Positions 8,623 to 18,027 of a stretch of DNA of 64,000 nucleotides are shown piece by piece. The notes beneath the pieces were generated by a model that was not told the DNA's origin, did no database searches, and worked only from the letters and a program-made list of their open reading frames with translations. Source of the DNA: Escherichia coli (GTDB lineage: Bacteria; Pseudomonadota; Gammaproteobacteria; Enterobacterales; Enterobacteriaceae); assembly GCF_011045215.1 (NCBI RefSeq), contig NZ_CP049201.1; one strand, written 5' to 3'. Numbering within the stretch: position 1 is the first letter of the stretch; every line of letters starts with the position of its first letter. The translations under genes and the position numbers were made by a program.

Positions 8623-10180
8623 TCGCCTGAAAAAACTGTTTCCCGGTAACAGCAATACCAGCAGTACTGAGACAACTGCCCCGGAGGTTGCACACCAGTC
8701 AGAACGTCTGCCTGAAGGTTTTTATATGCCCCGGACTGCGGAGGAACTGACGTCCACACCACACAGGAAACAGTGCCTGAAACAGCTGTGGGAAAACAGC
8801 AGTATGCCATCCGACGTGTATCAGCAGTTCTGTCTGGCGCCGGTACAAAAACTCCTGATGGCGGCGCAGAACGTTCCCGCTGCCAGAGACTCCCGGTGGG
8901 CAGATGCCAACGGTTTTGGCGACCTGACGCTGCAGTTCACCACCTATGCCGTTCGTCTGGCCAGAGGATATATGTTTCCGCCCGGTGCCACACCGGAAGA
9001 GCAGGCCGCACAGTCTGGTGTATGGAATGCCGTGGTGTTCTGGTCGGCACTGTTTTATCACCTGCCACTTCTTGCACACCTTGAGGGTGAACTGGTCAGT
9101 GGAAAGTTATGGCAGCCGGGGATGTCATCACCGGATGAGGCATTTCGTTTTCGTTACAGACAGCAACGTCTGCAGGACACAGAGGCACAGCAACTGGCAG
9201 CGGTGATGGCCGGGCAGTTGTTACCTGAGGGAGCGACTGCTTGGCTGGCCACTGTACCGGGGGCATTACAGAATCTGGCGGGAGCGGTCTGGAATCAGCA
9301 TCCGGAGATGGCATTGATTCGTTCAGTCCTGAAAACAGCGGCAGAAGAGGTGGAGAGTCCGCTTCTCGCGTTGCCAGTAACGGAACCCGTAACGGCACCT
9401 TTGCCTTCAGAAACCACTGTGCAGTCTGAAGGCAATGTGCCATCTGAGAGCCAGCCAGAAACATCAACAGAGGCCATTGCGCCGGAAATGCCGGCGGTCG
9501 TCACGGAGGTGGGCGAATTTACGCTGCAGCCATCTGTTTCAGGAACCGGTGAGGCAGAAGCAGTAGCCCCGGATACGTTGCAGTCTGCAACAGACACGGA
9601 GAAAAAGTCACCTGAGGAGCAGAGCCTCCATGATGATACCGATATATTGCTGAGTCTGTTTTCTGCTGCAGATGACCATGCTGCAGTAGTGACAGCGGAT
9701 GGAGAATGCTTACAGGAAACGCAGATGCTGATTGATAATGATCATTCTCAAAGAAAACATGAGGATGCCTCTATCACATTGATTTCCGGAAGCTCTGCTC
9801 CGGAAGCTGTTATTTCAGAAGGAGAGATGTTTATAAACTGGTTAAAAAAAGGAGTGAGAAACGGGGAAATTAGCCTGAACGGAAAAAAAGATAAAATTCA
9901 TATTGTTGCCGGCTTTGTTTTTTTACCAGTACCGGGAATTTTTTATGAGTTTACGAAAGCAGCAGGCATCCCTGCAGACAAAAAAGATGATATTCAGGCA
10001 TCGTTTGAACGCCTGAGCATTCATAAGCGGCGGGATAACCGACGCTTTTATTTTGCACATTTGTGTGAAGAGCCTGAAAACAGAAGTCGTTTTAAAACGC
10101 TAAAAGGTTATCTGGTAAAAGGCAGGCAGCTCCTGGATGGACAGGAACTACAGGACAGCCGTTATCTCTTTTTTCCATGA
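8615..10180 (+). CDS. Hypothetical protein, helicase-coupled partner (521 aa), no recognisable catalytic motif, central Pro/Glu/Thr-rich low-complexity segment
   Basis: Start ATG 8615 preceded by AGGAGG and overlapping the helicase stop by 8 nt (ATGCTTAA); no Walker A or nuclease motif seen. Confidence 0.6.
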   Translation: MLNRLKKLFPGNSNTSSTETTAPEVAHQSERLPEGFYMPRTAEELTSTPHRKQCLKQLWENSSMPSDVYQQFCLAPVQKLLMAAQNVPAARDSRWADANGFGDLTLQFTTYAVRLARGYMFPPGATPEEQAAQSGVWNAVVFWSALFYHLPLLAHLEGELVSGKLWQPGMSSPDEAFRFRYRQQRLQDTEAQQLAAVMAGQLLPEGATAWLATVPGALQNLAGAVWNQHPEMALIRSVLKTAAEEVESPLLALPVTEPVTAPLPSETTVQSEGNVPSESQPETSTEAIAPEMPAVVTEVGEFTLQPSVSGTGEAEAVAPDTLQSATDTEKKSPEEQSLHDDTDILLSLFSAADDHAAVVTADGECLQETQMLIDNDHSQRKHEDASITLISGSSAPEAVISEGEMFINWLKKGVRNGEISLNGKKDKIHIVAGFVFLPVPGIFYEFTKAAGIPADKKDDIQASFERLSIHKRRDNRRFYFAHLCEEPENRSRFKTLKGYLVKGRQLLDGQELQDSRYLFFP

Positions 10181-10237
10181 AATGCGTTCCGGAGGTGAGC
10201 CTTGTTGTTGAACGGATATATTTAAAGGTAAAGAAAT

Positions 10238-11230
10238 ATGAAAACTCACGATGTTGACAGCCTCTGGGATAATCTGATGGATGAGTATTTTTTTTGTAAG
10301 TCGTTACGGAGAGCCACGGAGTGGAGTTATCGCAAGGTGTTGTCGGGGTTCCGGAAGTTTGTTGGTTTTCACCGGACTCCTGACAGCATTGTTCGTCGTG
10401 ATGTTCAGGAATGGCGTCGTTTTGTGCTGAAAGATCAGGGGTTAACTTCCCATACCTGGAATAACAAGGTGAGGCATATGCGTGCGATTTATAACTTTGG
10501 AGAAGAATCTGGGTTGATCACTGTTTCAGAAAATCCTTTTAGTGGCATGCTGGTTAAGCAGGAAAAAAGACGGAAGAAAACGCTGACAAAAGCACAGATC
10601 TCGCGGATTGTGCTTATTCTGCAACAATTTTCGGAAGCAGAAAATCAGTACACCGGACTTTATATCAAATGTGCCATAAGGCCAGCGTGGTTCTGGCTGA
10701 CGGTGGTGAATACCCTGCGTTACACCGGTATGCGTCTGAATCAGTTGCTGCATTTACGCCTAAAGGATGTTTGTCCGGCAGAAAAATGGATCGATTTACG
10801 GGCTGAAGGTAGTAAAACTCACAGAGAATGGCGTATTCCGGTTGCGCGTCAGTTACAGCCACAACTGCAGAAACTACTGGATGAAGCCGTCAGACGGGGA
10901 GCCACACCGGAAGACTATCTTTTCCACTACAAGCGTTTTGTTGTGCCGGTGTCAGAAGCAAAACGTATAACGGGTTTGCCGGATGAGCAGCCTGTGAAAT
11001 CGTTTTTCCGCAGATTATCTCAGGAGTGTGGTTTTCAGGTGTCTCCACATCGTTTCAGACATACACTGGCGAGTATACTGATGAGCACTCCGGAGCGTAA
11101 TCTTCACCTGGTGAAAAACATGCTCGGACACCAGAACGTATCAACCACAATGGGATATGTGGAGATGAATCTGGAGATTGCCGCACAGGCACTGGAGCAT
11201 GAACTGGAGGTGTTCACTGACAGGCTGTAA
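10238..11230 (+). CDS. Tyrosine site-specific recombinase / integrase (330 aa)
   Basis: C-terminal catalytic region HRFRHTLAS ... LGHQNVSTTMGYVE (R-H-R-Y family); adjacent to tRNA-Phe. Confidence 0.85.
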   Translation: MKTHDVDSLWDNLMDEYFFCKSLRRATEWSYRKVLSGFRKFVGFHRTPDSIVRRDVQEWRRFVLKDQGLTSHTWNNKVRHMRAIYNFGEESGLITVSENPFSGMLVKQEKRRKKTLTKAQISRIVLILQQFSEAENQYTGLYIKCAIRPAWFWLTVVNTLRYTGMRLNQLLHLRLKDVCPAEKWIDLRAEGSKTHREWRIPVARQLQPQLQKLLDEAVRRGATPEDYLFHYKRFVVPVSEAKRITGLPDEQPVKSFFRRLSQECGFQVSPHRFRHTLASILMSTPERNLHLVKNMLGHQNVSTTMGYVEMNLEIAAQALEHELEVFTDRL

Positions 11231-11288
11231 TCGCAGACAGATTGACAATCCACTGAAGGGTTGTAATCATATATAGTGATCGAGAAAA

Positions 11289-11313
11289 GGGAGCATGCGG
11301 CAAACATGCTCCC
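11289..11313. terminator. Hairpin between integrase and tRNA-Phe (possible int terminator or att-region structure)
   Basis: Perfect 9-bp inverted repeat GGGAGCATG / CATGCTCCC with 7-nt loop. Confidence 0.35.
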
Positions 11314-11422
11314 TTTCGAGAAGAAAAATCATGATGTACATGAACCAGACTCACGACATCTGACACCTTCCCGATGACACCCGTCAGGTTTCTCACTCCT
11401 GACCAGTGGCTTTGATGTAAGG

Positions 11423-11498
11423 TGGTGCCCGGACTCGGAATCGAACCAAGGACACGGGGATTTTCAATCCCCTGCTCTACCGACTGAGCTATCCGGGC
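11423..11498 (-). tRNA. pheU: tRNA-Phe (GAA)
   Basis: Reverse complement reads GCCCGGATAGCTCAGTCGGTAGAGCAGGGGATTGAAAATCCCCGTGTCCTTGGTTCGATTCCGAGTCCGGGCACCA. Confidence 0.95.
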
Positions 11499-11604
11499 AA
11501 CGGGGCGCATTAAACCGTAATCTGCACATCTCGTCAACCTAATTTCAGTAAAAGCGATTCAACTGCTTAAGATTGCGGCAAATCGCTTCTTTTCTGTGTT
11601 TCTG

Positions 11605-12180
11605 TCAGGTCAATGCGCCACCCTGGCGGCAGCGGGCGAAGCGCAGGATATCTTCCGCCAGCCGATGTGCAGTGTCGACATCCGCCTGGCTACGATTCAC
11701 CAGCATCCGGCTCAGGCATCCTTCCAGCACCAGTTCCATCTGCTTTGCTACCATCGCCGGATCGTCAACTTCCAGCGTGGTTAACAGTTCGTGGGTGAAA
11801 TCGTAGGCCGCGCTTTTTTGCTGATCGGCCAGTTGATGAATAGGGTGGCCAGGATCGGGATAAAACGTACAGGCAGCGATAAATAGACAGCCCGGATAGC
11901 GGTTGTTTTTAACGCACTCCGATAACGCCTGATAACGTGCCAGCAGCTTTTGTTCGGCGGTTTGCGTTTCGTCCAGCATCAGCTGACGACGCCAGACATC
12001 TATCTGTTGGCTAAGATAACGCAGCGCATCGTAGAGGATTGCCTCTTTGTCTGGCCAGAAGCGGCGCAGCTCGTCCAGTGGATAATCCACACGTTCAGCA
12101 ACCATCTCCAGCGTGGTGTTGGCAATCCCTTGTAATTCTAATAATTTCAGGGCTTCTCCCAGTACATCTTCACGTTGCAC
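11605..12180 (-). CDS. yjdC: TetR-family transcriptional regulator YjdC
   Basis: Translation recognised as K-12 YjdC; K-12-like GTG start at 12180 (an in-frame ATG also exists at 12204). Confidence 0.85.
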
Positions 12181-12216
12181 GCTATTTTCCTCCGTCTTTC
12201 CCACTGCAAGTGTCGT

Positions 12217-13914
12217 TCACGGTTGGCGATCGCGCAAATGTGCGCTGAAGGTTTCAGCATCCATAAAGCCCGTGACGCGTGCTTGTGGATGCTCCTGGCC
12301 TTGTCCGTCAAAAAAGAGAATTGTCGGTAGGCCAAGGACATTAAGATGCTTTAACAGCGCCACATCTTGTGCGTCGTTGGCCGTGACGTTGGCCTGAAGT
12401 AAGACCGTGTCTGCTAACGCTTTTTGCACCTGCGGGTCGCTGAAGGTGTATTTCTCAAACTCTTTACAGGCGACGCACCAGTCGGCATAAAGATCTAACA
12501 TCACCGGTTTGCCTTTGGCTTCAACGAGCGCCTGATTTAACTCATCTACCGTTTTGATTTGTGTAAAGTTGAGATGCGTCTGAGTTTGCGCGGTATGCGT
12601 CGCACCAAATGCCCAATCCTGAAGTGGGCGCACGCTAACCAATGCCGCTGCCAGCAGGATTATTTGCATCACGCGCATCCAGCCGCGTTTGGCCTGTAGG
12701 CTGGTGATAAAGGCCCAGCCAAAGAATGCGACACCCAGCGCCGACCACAAGCGTAATCCCCATATATCACCAATCACTCGCTCCAGCAGGAAGACCGGCA
12801 GTGCGAGGATCACAAAACCAAACGCGGTTTTGACTTGTTCCATCCACGGGCCGCTTTTCGGCAGCAAGCGGTTACCAAAGACGGTAATTAGCATCAGCGG
12901 CAGGCCCATGCCCAACGCATAGAGATAAAGCGTGCCGCCGCCCAGCCACATGTTCCCGCTTTGGGCGATATACAGCAGAATCGCGCTAAGCGGTGCGGTG
13001 GTGCATGGTGAACAGATCAGTCCGGCAATCGCCCCCATAATAAACACTCCGCCGGGTGAGCCGCCCTGTTGGCGATTGCTCATCAGCGTGAGGCGCGTTT
13101 GCAGCGAGGAGGGGAGTTGTAGAGTAAACAAGCCAAACATTGACATCGCCAGCAAGGTAAAGACGATGGCGAGGCCAATGAGCACGTATGGGTGCTGTAG
13201 CGCCGCCTGGAACTGTAACCCTGCGGCGGCAACTACCAGACCCAGCGCCGTGTAAGTCAGTGCCATCCCCTGCACATAAATAAAGGTCAGCAACAATGCT
13301 CTGGCTGTGGAAAGCCGCTGTTTACCGCCCAGCACGATGCCAGAAATCAGTGGGTACATTGGCAGCACGCATGGCGTAAAGGCGATACCAATACCGATCA
13401 ACAACGCCCAGAGCGCGGAAAAGGGCAATTGCGCGGTGGGCTGCTCTTGCTGCGGAACAGACACAGGCTGTGGCGCTGTGTTGTTGGCGACCACTTCGCT
13501 TAACGGAACGGTTTTGGTTTCTGGCGGATAACAGAAACCGGCATCAGCACAGCCCTGGTAGGTGACAGTTAACGTCGCTCCCGCACTCGCCTGGTTGATG
13601 GTTACGGGAAGCGTCAGCCGATCGCGGTAAATCTCGCTTTTGCCGTAAAACTCATCTTCATGCCAGACGCCTTGCGGAAGCTGCACGTCGGCAATTTTCG
13701 CGTGTTCCGGCGTAATGCGGATCTGTTTACGGTAGAGGTAGTAACCGTCTTTGATCTGCCAGGTCAGATTAAGGTCATGTTGGTTTTGCTGAAAATCAAA
13801 AGTAAAGGCTTGATCCGCGGGGACAAATTGTGAACGTCCCGGCGCGTCGAATAATCCGGCAAAAACGGAAGTGCTGCAAAGTAGCAGGATCAGCGTAAAG
13901 ATGCGTTGAGCCAT
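12217..13914 (-). CDS. dsbD: Thiol:disulfide interchange protein DsbD
   Basis: Start [12 protein letters not shown]; CVAC thioredoxin motif; ORF-track N-extension rejected. Confidence 0.9.
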
Positions 13915-14228
13915 GAGAGGTAATCTGTGTCTCCGTGTGTAACAGGTAAAACCAGAAGTTCCGGGGTTTGATATGGATGATGAGACTTCAGGCATTCCAG
14001 CAGTGCCTGCTGGTGAGATACGGTAGTTTTTAAAATCATCTGCACTTCGTATTCTTGCTCCAGCTTACCTTCCCAGTAATAGAGAGAGGTAGCGCCGGGG
14101 ATCAAGGTCGCGCAGGCCGCCAGTTTTTCCGCCAGCACTTTGGCGGCTAAATCCTGGGCTGTCGCTTCATCCGGTGCGGTACATAGCACCACGACAGACG
14201 CGGTATTCGAACTTTTTTCATCAAGCAT
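13890..14228 (-). CDS. cutA: Divalent-cation tolerance protein CutA
   Basis: Translation [21 protein letters not shown]... recognised. Confidence 0.9.
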
Positions 14229-14343
14229 AAACACCTCGCAAGAACAGATGGAACCGCAAGAGAGAGGTCACTATACAACGGACGGGGAAAGGATGTTAGT
14301 CGGCGGGAAAGAAAGCGGGGCGTGAACGCCCCGCGATTGGTCA

Positions 14344-15645
14344 TTACAGCATGAAGCTACCCAGCACGAAGCCGAAGCAAACGGCCAGGGCAACACCCAG
14401 AGTACCCGGGATGAAGAACGGATGGTTGAAGACGAATTTACCGATACGGGTAGTACCCGTGTCATCCATCTGTACCGCAGCAACCAGCGTCGGGTAGGTC
14501 GGCAGAATGAACAGACCAGACACCGCAGCGAAAGAAGCAACAGCGGTCAGCGGAGAAACGTTCAGTGCCAGAGCCATCGGCATCAGTGCTTTTGCGGTTG
14601 CAGCCTGAGAGTACAGCAGAGCAGAAGCAAAGAAGAAGATGACGGCCAGCAGCCACGGATGACCCTGAATCACTTCACCAGCGGTATCTTTGATCCAGTC
14701 GATGTTGTTGGAAACGAAAGTATCGCCCAGCCACGCAACACCCAGGATACAAATACAGGCGCTCATACCTGCTTTGAAGGTGCTGGAGTTGAGGATGTTG
14801 TCGGTATCGACTTTACAGATAACGGTGGTCAGAGTTGCAACGCTGAGCATGATGATCAGGATTGCGTTGGTGGTGTTCATCAGCGGTTTTTCAACCAGAC
14901 CCATGCTTGGGCTGTTGATGATTGCATAGATAACCACGCCAACTACGCCCAGCAGGAACAGCCAGACGGACGTTTTTGCACCGGATTTGATTTCAATCTG
15001 CTTTTCACCGCGCAGTTCAACCAGGCCCTCTTCCAGACGCTTGCGATAAATCGGATCGTCAGAGAGTTTGGAGTTGAACAGCATAGTGACCAGGAAGGAC
15101 ATCACCAGAACCGCCAGCAGGGTGGACGGGATGACCACGGAGAGCAGATGGAGGTAGCTGATGCCATGACCTTCCATCACGGAAGACATGTAAACCACTG
15201 CCGCTGAGATTGGCGATGCGGTGATCGCAATCTGCGCGGATACCACTGCAGTAGACAGCGGACGGCAAGGTTTAACGCCTTGTTCCTTCGCAACTTCAGC
15301 GATAACTGGCAGTGTCGCCAGAGAGATGTTGCCAGTACCAGCAAAGATAGTCAGGAAATAGGTCACGATCGGTGCGAGGATCGTGATGTATTTCGGGTTA
15401 CGGCGCAGCAGCTTTTCTGTCTGATGAACCAGATAGTCCAGACCGCCAGCAACCTGCATGGCAGAAATAGCGGCGATAACCGCCATGATAATGGAAATGA
15501 CATCGAACGGGATGTTACCGGGTTTAACGCCAATAGCGGCAAGAACCAGCACCCCCAATCCGCCTGCAAAACCAATACCTATTCCCCCCAATCTGGCGCC
15601 CAAGAAGATCGCCAGCAAAACTATGATGAGTTCTACAACTAGCAT
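14344..15645 (-). CDS. dcuA: Anaerobic C4-dicarboxylate transporter DcuA
   Basis: 433-aa polytopic membrane protein recognised as DcuA; K-12 gene order. Confidence 0.9.
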   Translation of the reverse strand: MLVVELIIVLLAIFLGARLGGIGIGFAGGLGVLVLAAIGVKPGNIPFDVISIIMAVIAAISAMQVAGGLDYLVHQTEKLLRRNPKYITILAPIVTYFLTIFAGTGNISLATLPVIAEVAKEQGVKPCRPLSTAVVSAQIAITASPISAAVVYMSSVMEGHGISYLHLLSVVIPSTLLAVLVMSFLVTMLFNSKLSDDPIYRKRLEEGLVELRGEKQIEIKSGAKTSVWLFLLGVVGVVIYAIINSPSMGLVEKPLMNTTNAILIIMLSVATLTTVICKVDTDNILNSSTFKAGMSACICILGVAWLGDTFVSNNIDWIKDTAGEVIQGHPWLLAVIFFFASALLYSQAATAKALMPMALALNVSPLTAVASFAAVSGLFILPTYPTLVAAVQMDDTGTTRIGKFVFNHPFFIPGTLGVALAVCFGFVLGSFML

Positions 15646-15710
15646 ATTAGCCTTCCTTGTTTTTTAACAAGTTGATATTAGATTGTTATTTTTAAGTTAC
15701 TGCTCACAAG

Positions 15711-15745
15711 AAAAAAGGCACGTCATCTGACGTGCCTTTTTTATT
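15711..15745 (-). terminator. aspA rho-independent terminator (bidirectional hairpin)
   Basis: GGCACGTCA..TGACGTGCC stem flanked by A/T runs. Confidence 0.5.
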
Positions 15746-15762
15746 TGTACTACCCTGTACGA

Positions 15763-17199
15763 TTACTGTTCGCTTTCATCAGTATAGCGTTTTGCTTTGT
15801 AAGCCGGGTGCATCAGATTCTGTACGGAGAAAATATCGTCAAGTTCCGCTTCAGTCAACAGACCGCGTTCCAGAACGACTTCACGTACACTCTTACCGGT
15901 TTCGGCACAGATTTTACCCACGATGTCACCGTTGTGGTGACCGATGAACGGGTTCAGGTAAGTAACGATACCGATAGAGTTGTAAACGTAACCTTCGCAC
16001 ACTTCTTTGTTAGCAGTGATGCCGTTAATGCATTTTTCCAGCAGGTTGTAGCAAGCGTTGGTCAGAATGTGAACGGATTCGAACATAGCCTGGCCAATGA
16101 CCGGCTCCATAACGTTCAACTGCAGCTGACCTGCTTCTGCTGCCATGGTAACAGTGGTGTCGTTACCGATGACTTTGAAGCATACCTGGTTAACCACTTC
16201 CGGAACAACCGGGTTTACTTTAGCTGGCATGATGGAAGAGCCCGCCTGCAGTTCCGGCAGGTTGATCTCGTTCAGGCCGGCACGTGGACCAGAAGAGAGC
16301 AAGCGCAGGTCGTTACAGATTTTGGACATCTTCACAGCCAGGCGTTTCAGCGCGCCGTGAACCATAACATAAGCGCCGCAGTCTGAGGTCGCTTCGATCA
16401 GGTCTTCAGCCGGTACGCATGGGAAGCCAGTGACTTCAGCCAGTTTTTTCACTGCCAGCGGAGAGTACTCTTTCGGCGTGTTCAGACCAGTACCGATTGC
16501 TGTTGCACCAAGGTTAACTTCCAGCAGCAGTTCAGCGGTACGTTGGATATTTTTCACTTCTTCTTTCAGCAGGATGCTGAAAGCGCGGAATTCCTGACCG
16601 AGGGTCATCGGTACTGCGTCCTGCAGCTGGGTACGACCCATTTTCAGGATGTCCTGGAATTCGACAGCTTTACGTTCAAAGCCTTCACGCAGTTGGTTAA
16701 TCGCATCTACCAGCTTAATCAGGGAAGAGTAAACTGCGATACGGAAACCGGTCGGGTAGGCGTCGTTAGTGGACTGACATTTGTTAACATGGTCGTTCGG
16801 GTTCAGGTACTGATATTCACCTTTCTGGTGACCCATCAGTTCCAGACCGATATTGGCCAGCACTTCGTTGGTGTTCATGTTTACGGAAGTACCTGCGCCG
16901 CCCTGGTAGACGTCTACCGGGAACTGATCCATGCATTTTCCGTTGTTCAGGACTTCATCACATGCGGCAATGATGGCATTCGCTACACTTTTAGGAATGG
17001 TTTGCAGCTCTTTGTTTGCCATAGCTGCGGCTTTTTTAACCATTACCATACCGCGAACAAATTCAGGAATATCACTGATTTTGTTGTTGCTGATATAGAA
17101 GTTTTCAATCGCTCTCAGAGTGTGAACACCATAGTAGGCATCAGCTGGAACTTCCCTGGTACCCAACAGATCTTCTTCGATACGAATGTTGTTTGACAT
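15763..17199 (-). CDS. aspA: Aspartate ammonia-lyase
   Basis: Start [18 protein letters not shown]; fumarase/aspartase family signature [11 protein letters not shown]. Confidence 0.92.
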
Positions 17200-17535
17200 G
17201 TGAACCTTCTTTTTCAAGCTGCCAATGATTTGCTTTAAACACACAGAATATATGTGGTTTCGAATGTTTTTCGACCGACGATTATCCCCTGCATCGACCG
17301 AATACCCGAGATCATATGCTGCTTGAGGATTTCTACCGTAATCTGGATCACTTTAAGTGTCGGTTTTTACCCCTTAATTATTAATTTGTGAAATAGATCA
17401 CCGCTTTGGGATTACTACCAAAAATAGTTGCGCAAATATCTTGAAATTTTGCTAATGACCACAATATAAGCTGAACGCGATTCGCAACCCATTCAGGTAG
17501 CCGGGTTTAACCGGCTGCTATTACAGGAGAAACCT

Positions 17536-18012
17536 TTGCGCTGGTTACCTTTTATTGCCATTTTCCTTTATGTCTATATTGAGATTTCAATCTTTATTCA
17601 GGTTGCCCATGTATTGGGGGTATTGCTGACTCTCGTGCTGGTTATATTTACGTCAGTTATCGGTATGTCACTGGTACGTAACCAGGGCTTTAAGAATTTC
17701 GTGCTGATGCAGCAAAAAATGGCGGCGGGTGAAAACCCAGCGGCGGAGATGATTAAAAGTGTTTCGCTGATCATTGCCGGTTTGCTGCTTTTATTACCGG
17801 GCTTTTTCACCGACTTCCTCGGTCTTCTGCTTTTATTGCCGCCGGTGCAAAAGCATCTGACAGTGAAGTTGATGCCGCATTTGCGCTTTTCTCGTATGCC
17901 AGGCGGCGGTTTTAGCGCCGGGACCGGTGGCGGTAATACTTTTGATGGTGAGTACCAGCGAAAGGATGATGACCGCGACCGCCTTGATCATAAAGACGAT
18001 CGCCAGGATTAA
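17536..18012 (+). CDS. fxsA: FxsA inner-membrane protein
   Basis: 158-aa translation recognised as FxsA. Confidence 0.85.
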   Translation: MRWLPFIAIFLYVYIEISIFIQVAHVLGVLLTLVLVIFTSVIGMSLVRNQGFKNFVLMQQKMAAGENPAAEMIKSVSLIIAGLLLLLPGFFTDFLGLLLLLPPVQKHLTVKLMPHLRFSRMPGGGFSAGTGGGNTFDGEYQRKDDDRDRLDHKDDRQD

Positions 18013-18027
18013 TGTCGAAACGCCGGA

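Larger units (their letters stand above)
1..11422. mobile_element. Genomic island inserted at the 3' end of tRNA-Phe (pheU); partial, left boundary outside window; mosaic of an AT-rich module and a GC-richer helicase module
   Basis: Integrase ends about 190 bp from the tRNA 3' end; content is unrelated to the K-12 cadC-pheU interval; base composition by eye differs sharply from backbone; I found no copy of the tRNA 3' end elsewhere in 1-11400. Confidence 0.6.

Noticed and set aside
7108-10180. Assigning the helicase/partner pair to Gabija
   Set aside because: GajA needs an ABC-type ATPase plus TOPRIM nuclease; the partner here has neither, and gene order is reversed. I kept it as an unassigned candidate instead.
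10238-11230. P4-like satellite integrase with psu/int defence hotspot
   Set aside because: The recombinase is only 330 aa and reads towards the tRNA; no psu, sid, delta or alpha-primase-like genes are present in the window
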